From Nitrosopumilus maritimus SCM1 (GTDB taxonomy: Archaea > Thermoproteota > Nitrososphaeria > Nitrososphaerales > Nitrosopumilaceae), in NCBI RefSeq assembly GCF_000018465.1, contig NC_010085.1, positions 1,110,001 through 1,142,000 of the forward strand: a stretch of 32,000 nucleotides of DNA, read 5' to 3'. A program made the position numbers and the translations under genes. Below, piece by piece: positions 27,977 through 32,000 of this stretch; the stretch's first letter is position 1; each line of letters opens with the position of its first letter. The notes under the pieces were generated by a model that searched no databases, was not told where the DNA came from, and saw only the letters and a program-made list of their open reading frames with translations.

Positions 27977-28813
27977 GTGCTCAATACAGTATACAAAGAT
28001 GCCATAATCAATAGAGACAAAATGTTGTCTATTCTAAAGGGCCCAAAATTTGAACAAATAATACAAAAAGCAAGAGAAAATTGGGTAGAATTTACGCCTG
28101 TAAAAGAAGAAGTCGTTACTGCAGGCATTGATTCAAGTTTTAACAACACAAAATTCCAAGGAATTGAGCTTTGGGCAACTACAGCAGTATCCATCAAGGC
28201 AGATGGAGAAGTGTTAGTTGATTTACATGAATCAGGATTAGGCTCAGATACTGATCTTTCACGAATTGCAAGTAAGATGGAAATTGACGCGTGTGAGAAA
28301 ACAGTGGATCAAGTAGATTTGGTACTGATGGATGGGTCTTTGCATTCTCAGTTTATGACAAGACAATCAGCTTTGGATGCACAGGTAGTCAGAACAATGA
28401 AAAAAAGAGACAATGTGATTTTTATTGCAAAAACATCAAACACAAAAAAACAATTTGAGAAATTAGGTTCACTTGCTGGAGATATTTTTTACTATAATCA
28501 TGTAACAAATAATCCAGGATTTAGTAAATTATTTGTAGAAAAAAAATATGGTTCAGATAAGGTCATTTCATCTACATTTGTAAGATTAAGTGATTCAACT
28601 CCAATTATCAAATTAGAATTTCTTGGAGAACAACATGGTGAAGGTGACATAAAGTCAGTCATGAACAAATTATACAAAACAAGTATTGGTGGATATCCAT
28701 ATGCACTAAAGCTTGCACATAATAACTGTAAAATATCTGATAAAGAACTTGCAAAAATGGTTAGTTTGTTAGGTCTAAGTAATGAGATCGGTTCACGTGA
28801 GGTATTAGGTTGA
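27977..28813 (+). CDS. nurA: NurA 5'-3' nuclease
   Basis: 278 aa, VTAGIDSSFNNTKFQGIELWATTAVSIK...VDLVLMDGSLH; overlaps HerA by 4 nt. Confidence 0.85.
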   Translation: MLNTVYKDAIINRDKMLSILKGPKFEQIIQKARENWVEFTPVKEEVVTAGIDSSFNNTKFQGIELWATTAVSIKADGEVLVDLHESGLGSDTDLSRIASKMEIDACEKTVDQVDLVLMDGSLHSQFMTRQSALDAQVVRTMKKRDNVIFIAKTSNTKKQFEKLGSLAGDIFYYNHVTNNPGFSKLFVEKKYGSDKVISSTFVRLSDSTPIIKLEFLGEQHGEGDIKSVMNKLYKTSIGGYPYALKLAHNNCKISDKELAKMVSLLGLSNEIGSREVLG

Positions 28814-30342
28814 GTTTAGGATTTGTAATTGGTGAATCAAAACCAACATTTGTCACTGCAATAACATCAAGAGCTTTGTCTGTTGGAGAATACATCAAGA
28901 TTGGTTCTGATGAAGGAGAGATATTAGGACTGGTTGAAAAATCATCAGTTACAAGTGCAGCATTTACAGATGTTAGGAATTTTGATGAAGCAGCTGAAAG
29001 TACAGAGATAGCAGAGTTAAACAAGAGAGATAAGACGTTTACTGCACATATTGGAATTTTGGGGTTTTTAGAAAATTTGAGAAAAGGTCAGTCAATTATT
29101 CCTGCAATTCCTCCCATTCCAGGCACGGAAATCACTCAACCAAGCAAACAAGACCTTGAGGAAATCTTTAGTCCCAAAAATGATGGATGGGTAAAGATTG
29201 GAAATCTTTTGAGAAACAAGACAATTGATGCTAAAGTGAATTTGGATAAAATTGTCTCAAGACATTTAGGAATTTTAGCAATGACTGGTATGGGTAAAAG
29301 TAATCTTGTATCACTAGTTACAAAACAAATTTCAAAATTAAAAGGGACTGTAATAATTTTTGATTATCACAATGACTACACAACATTAAACATTCCAAGA
29401 ATTAATGTGGTTGACGCAAAAATTAATCCAAGATTACTTGACGCAGATCAACTTTCAGAAGTTCTAGAAATCAGGGACGGTGCAAATGTTCAACAAAGAG
29501 TACTAAGAATGGCATTTACAAAACATGTCAAAGAATCAAAAGAATTTTGGAGTAAATTAGAAAATGAAATTGATTTTATTGTGAATTCAGAAGATAAAAA
29601 ACTAAAAGAGATTAGAACATCAGCATATAGAGTTCAAGATATAATAGAAGAAGCTCAAAAAAGATTTGAAGATATTTTAGATCCTGATATGGGAGATCCA
29701 ATTAGTTTTATCAAAGAAGGTCGTACCAATGTTCTCAATATTTCAGAATTGTCTGAAAAACAAGCAAATGTTGCAGTTGCATTTTACTTGCAACAACTAC
29801 TCAAAGACAGAAAAGATGCAAGTATTGCAAGACACGGTAAAAGTAAGAGAGAAAGAAACTATAGATTCAATTCTCCTATTTTTGTAATTATTGAAGAAGC
29901 ACATGTTTTCATTCCAAAAGACCACGATACTAGTGCAAAATATTGGGCAGCAAAGATTGCCAGAGAAGGAAGAAAGTTTGGATTGGGATTAGGAGTTGTA
30001 TCTCAGAGACCTCGAAGTGTAGATCTTAATGTTCTCAGTCAGATGGGCTCTTTTGCAATAATGAAGATAATTCAAGAAGATGATCAGCGCCAAATAGCCT
30101 CAGCAACAGAGTCAACTAGCCGTGAATTGATTGCTCAGTTGACCTCACTGAATGTGGGTGATGCAGTTCTAGTAGGACAATGGACAAATTTGCCATCACT
30201 AGTACATGTTGAAGAAGTAAAAGAAAAAATCATGGGAGCAGACCAAAGTGCAGTAAATGCTTGGGCCAATGCAGAAAAGATGAAAGAAGTTGCAGTAGAA
30301 TCAACACAAGGACTCGTTCAAAAAGATTTGTTATTAGACTGA
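28810..30342 (+). CDS. herA: HerA DNA helicase/translocase (TTG start)
   Basis: 510 aa, GMTGMGKSNLVSLV, VIFDYHNDY, PIFVIIEEAHVFIPKD, VSQRPRSVDLNVLSQ. Confidence 0.93.
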   Translation: MSLGFVIGESKPTFVTAITSRALSVGEYIKIGSDEGEILGLVEKSSVTSAAFTDVRNFDEAAESTEIAELNKRDKTFTAHIGILGFLENLRKGQSIIPAIPPIPGTEITQPSKQDLEEIFSPKNDGWVKIGNLLRNKTIDAKVNLDKIVSRHLGILAMTGMGKSNLVSLVTKQISKLKGTVIIFDYHNDYTTLNIPRINVVDAKINPRLLDADQLSEVLEIRDGANVQQRVLRMAFTKHVKESKEFWSKLENEIDFIVNSEDKKLKEIRTSAYRVQDIIEEAQKRFEDILDPDMGDPISFIKEGRTNVLNISELSEKQANVAVAFYLQQLLKDRKDASIARHGKSKRERNYRFNSPIFVIIEEAHVFIPKDHDTSAKYWAAKIAREGRKFGLGLGVVSQRPRSVDLNVLSQMGSFAIMKIIQEDDQRQIASATESTSRELIAQLTSLNVGDAVLVGQWTNLPSLVHVEEVKEKIMGADQSAVNAWANAEKMKEVAVESTQGLVQKDLLLD

Positions 30343-31484
30343 TGCAGTTTTCACATATTTCAGATACTCATTTAGGATTAGTACAGTATGGTTCAGAAGA
30401 ACGTGCACAAGATGTCTATGATGTGTTTAACCAAGCAATTGACACGTCAATTAAAGATCATGTTGATTTTGTAATATTTGCAGGGGACATTTTTCATGTT
30501 CCAAATCCAAACGGCACTGCAATTGTACAGATGGCAAATGGGTTAAAGCGATTAAAACAAAACAACATAGATTCATTTTTCATTTTAGGAGAACATGATA
30601 TTAGTAGAATTAGAACAACACCCATTCCCTATGTATACCACAATTTAGAATTCTCAAAGTATATTGGTCAAGGAAAACCAATAGAGTACAAAGGAGTTCT
30701 TCTTGCAGGTTTTGATAAGATAAGAAAAACAGAAATTCCTCAATACGAAGAAAAGTTTGCAGAAGTAGACAAAGCTGCTCAAAACTTTTCAGGACATAAA
30801 ATTTTAGTTTTACATCAAGGCATAACAGAGTTTAACAAATTTGCAGGAGAGTTGCAATCAACTGATCTTCCAAAAAATTTTACATATTATGCAATGGGGC
30901 ATCTTCATGATACAGATGTTAAAAAATTCAATCATCTAAATGGACCAATTGCATATCCGGGTTCAATTGAACTTACAACAAGTGAAGGAATCAAAGAAAC
31001 AAAGAAAGGATTCTTCGAAGTAGATATTTCAGGACAAGAAGCAAATCCAAACTGGATTGAACTTGATACAAGACCACAGTTTTCATTCAAGACAGATTAT
31101 CAAGAGATATCAAAGACCATAGATGAAATTTCAGAGAAAATTACTAGTCTTTCAAAAAAGCCTATCGTGGAGGTCAACATTCAAGGTGAAAACATAGAGA
31201 CGGACCACATCCAGGCACAAATTGCCAGGCTCAACTCCATAGTTTTGAGATGTTTTTGGCGAATCAGTACAAAGCAAGTTTCAGATTCATCAGTATTCCT
31301 AGACAAACCAAACATCATAGATGATGAGATGTTTAGACTTTCAGTTGATGCATTAGGCTCAGAGCAGGCTGCCAATCTTGCCATCAAGGAACTTCTACCA
31401 GTTTTATCATCAGGACAAATTCAAGAAGCATCGCAGATAATCATTGAAAATTTTGAAAAATTCAAAAAGGAGAGAAAACAATGA
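30342..31484 (+). CDS. mre11: Mre11 nuclease (canonical operon copy)
   Basis: MQFSHISDTHLGLVQYG, FAGDIFHVPN, GHLHDTD. Start ATG at 30342 overlaps the herA stop (TGATG); the track ORF starts artefactually at 30261. Confidence 0.92.
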   Translation: MQFSHISDTHLGLVQYGSEERAQDVYDVFNQAIDTSIKDHVDFVIFAGDIFHVPNPNGTAIVQMANGLKRLKQNNIDSFFILGEHDISRIRTTPIPYVYHNLEFSKYIGQGKPIEYKGVLLAGFDKIRKTEIPQYEEKFAEVDKAAQNFSGHKILVLHQGITEFNKFAGELQSTDLPKNFTYYAMGHLHDTDVKKFNHLNGPIAYPGSIELTTSEGIKETKKGFFEVDISGQEANPNWIELDTRPQFSFKTDYQEISKTIDEISEKITSLSKKPIVEVNIQGENIETDHIQAQIARLNSIVLRCFWRISTKQVSDSSVFLDKPNIIDDEMFRLSVDALGSEQAANLAIKELLPVLSSGQIQEASQIIIENFEKFKKERKQ

Positions 31485-32000
31485 TCACATCAATTGAATT
31501 GGGGGATTTTTTAGCACATTCAGATACAAAACTAGAGTTTGATAACGGGGTAACTGTTTTTGTAGGACATAACGGTGCAGGAAAATCAAGTATTATTGAT
31601 GCAATTACATTTGCATTGTTTGGACAACATACAAGAAAATCAAACAAAGGGTTAATCAAACGTGGTGCAAATCAAGGATATTCCAAAGTAAATTTTTCAG
31701 TTAATGGAAAATCCTTTGAAGCTGTAAGAAAGATTGACAGTAAAGGAACTCTTTCAGCAAAATTCACTGAAATTGTAGGAGATGAAAAAATAGAGATTGC
31801 AGCAGGTGAACGAAAACAGTTTGGGGAATCAATGACTCAAGAAGTTGAAAAAGCAATTGGATTAGACTTTGAAAAATTAAAAGTTGCATCAATTGTACAA
31901 CAAGGAGAATTAAATGCAATAATCAATGCAAAACCAAAAGAGTTCAAAGAATTGCTGAATGCAATCATAGGGATTGACAAGCTTGATGTTGCTTCTGAAT
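31481..32000 (+). CDS. rad50: Rad50 ATPase, N-terminal part (truncated by window edge)
   Basis: Hand translation gives MITSIELGDFLAHSDTKLEFDNGVTVFVGHNGAGKSSIIDAITFALFGQHTRKSNKGLIKRG...VQQGELNAIINAKPKEFKELLNAIIGIDKLDVASE. Confidence 0.93.
   Translation, partial: MITSIELGDFLAHSDTKLEFDNGVTVFVGHNGAGKSSIIDAITFALFGQHTRKSNKGLIKRGANQGYSKVNFSVNGKSFEAVRKIDSKGTLSAKFTEIVGDEKIEIAAGERKQFGESMTQEVEKAIGLDFEKLKVASIVQQGELNAIINAKPKEFKELLNAIIGIDKLDVASE

Overview
This AT-rich archaeal window has gene content matching an ammonia-oxidising thaumarchaeon (Nitrososphaerota, Nitrosopumilus-like). That assignment is inferred from gene content, not from a database search. Roughly 11-32 kb is core genome. It carries a geranylgeranyl-reductase-family oxidoreductase, EF-1beta, Cdc48 AAA ATPase, CtaB, a membrane-anchored double cupredoxin, a JAMM protease, an H+-pyrophosphatase, a DUF359 dephospho-CoA kinase, Mrp/NBP35, Rpo7/Spt4, the nadC/nadA/nadX genes and the canonical nurA-herA-mre11-rad50 operon. 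Roughly 1-11 kb looks accessory. It holds an HD-phosphohydrolase/YwgA-like pair divergent from a second, distinct Mre11-like/Rad50-like pair (CPTC zinc hook, ABC signature), then an orphan ParA-like ATPase and a tiny multi-Cys protein. These are followed by a three-gene overlapping operon (small Cys protein, 500-aa HTH/coiled-coil protein, 133-aa protein), a divergent winged-helix-like 359-aa protein and a tyrosine recombinase. The best candidates for an undescribed system are the HD-YwgA/MR2 locus and the integrase-linked coiled-coil operon. I saw no convincing tRNA, rRNA or CRISPR array by eye.
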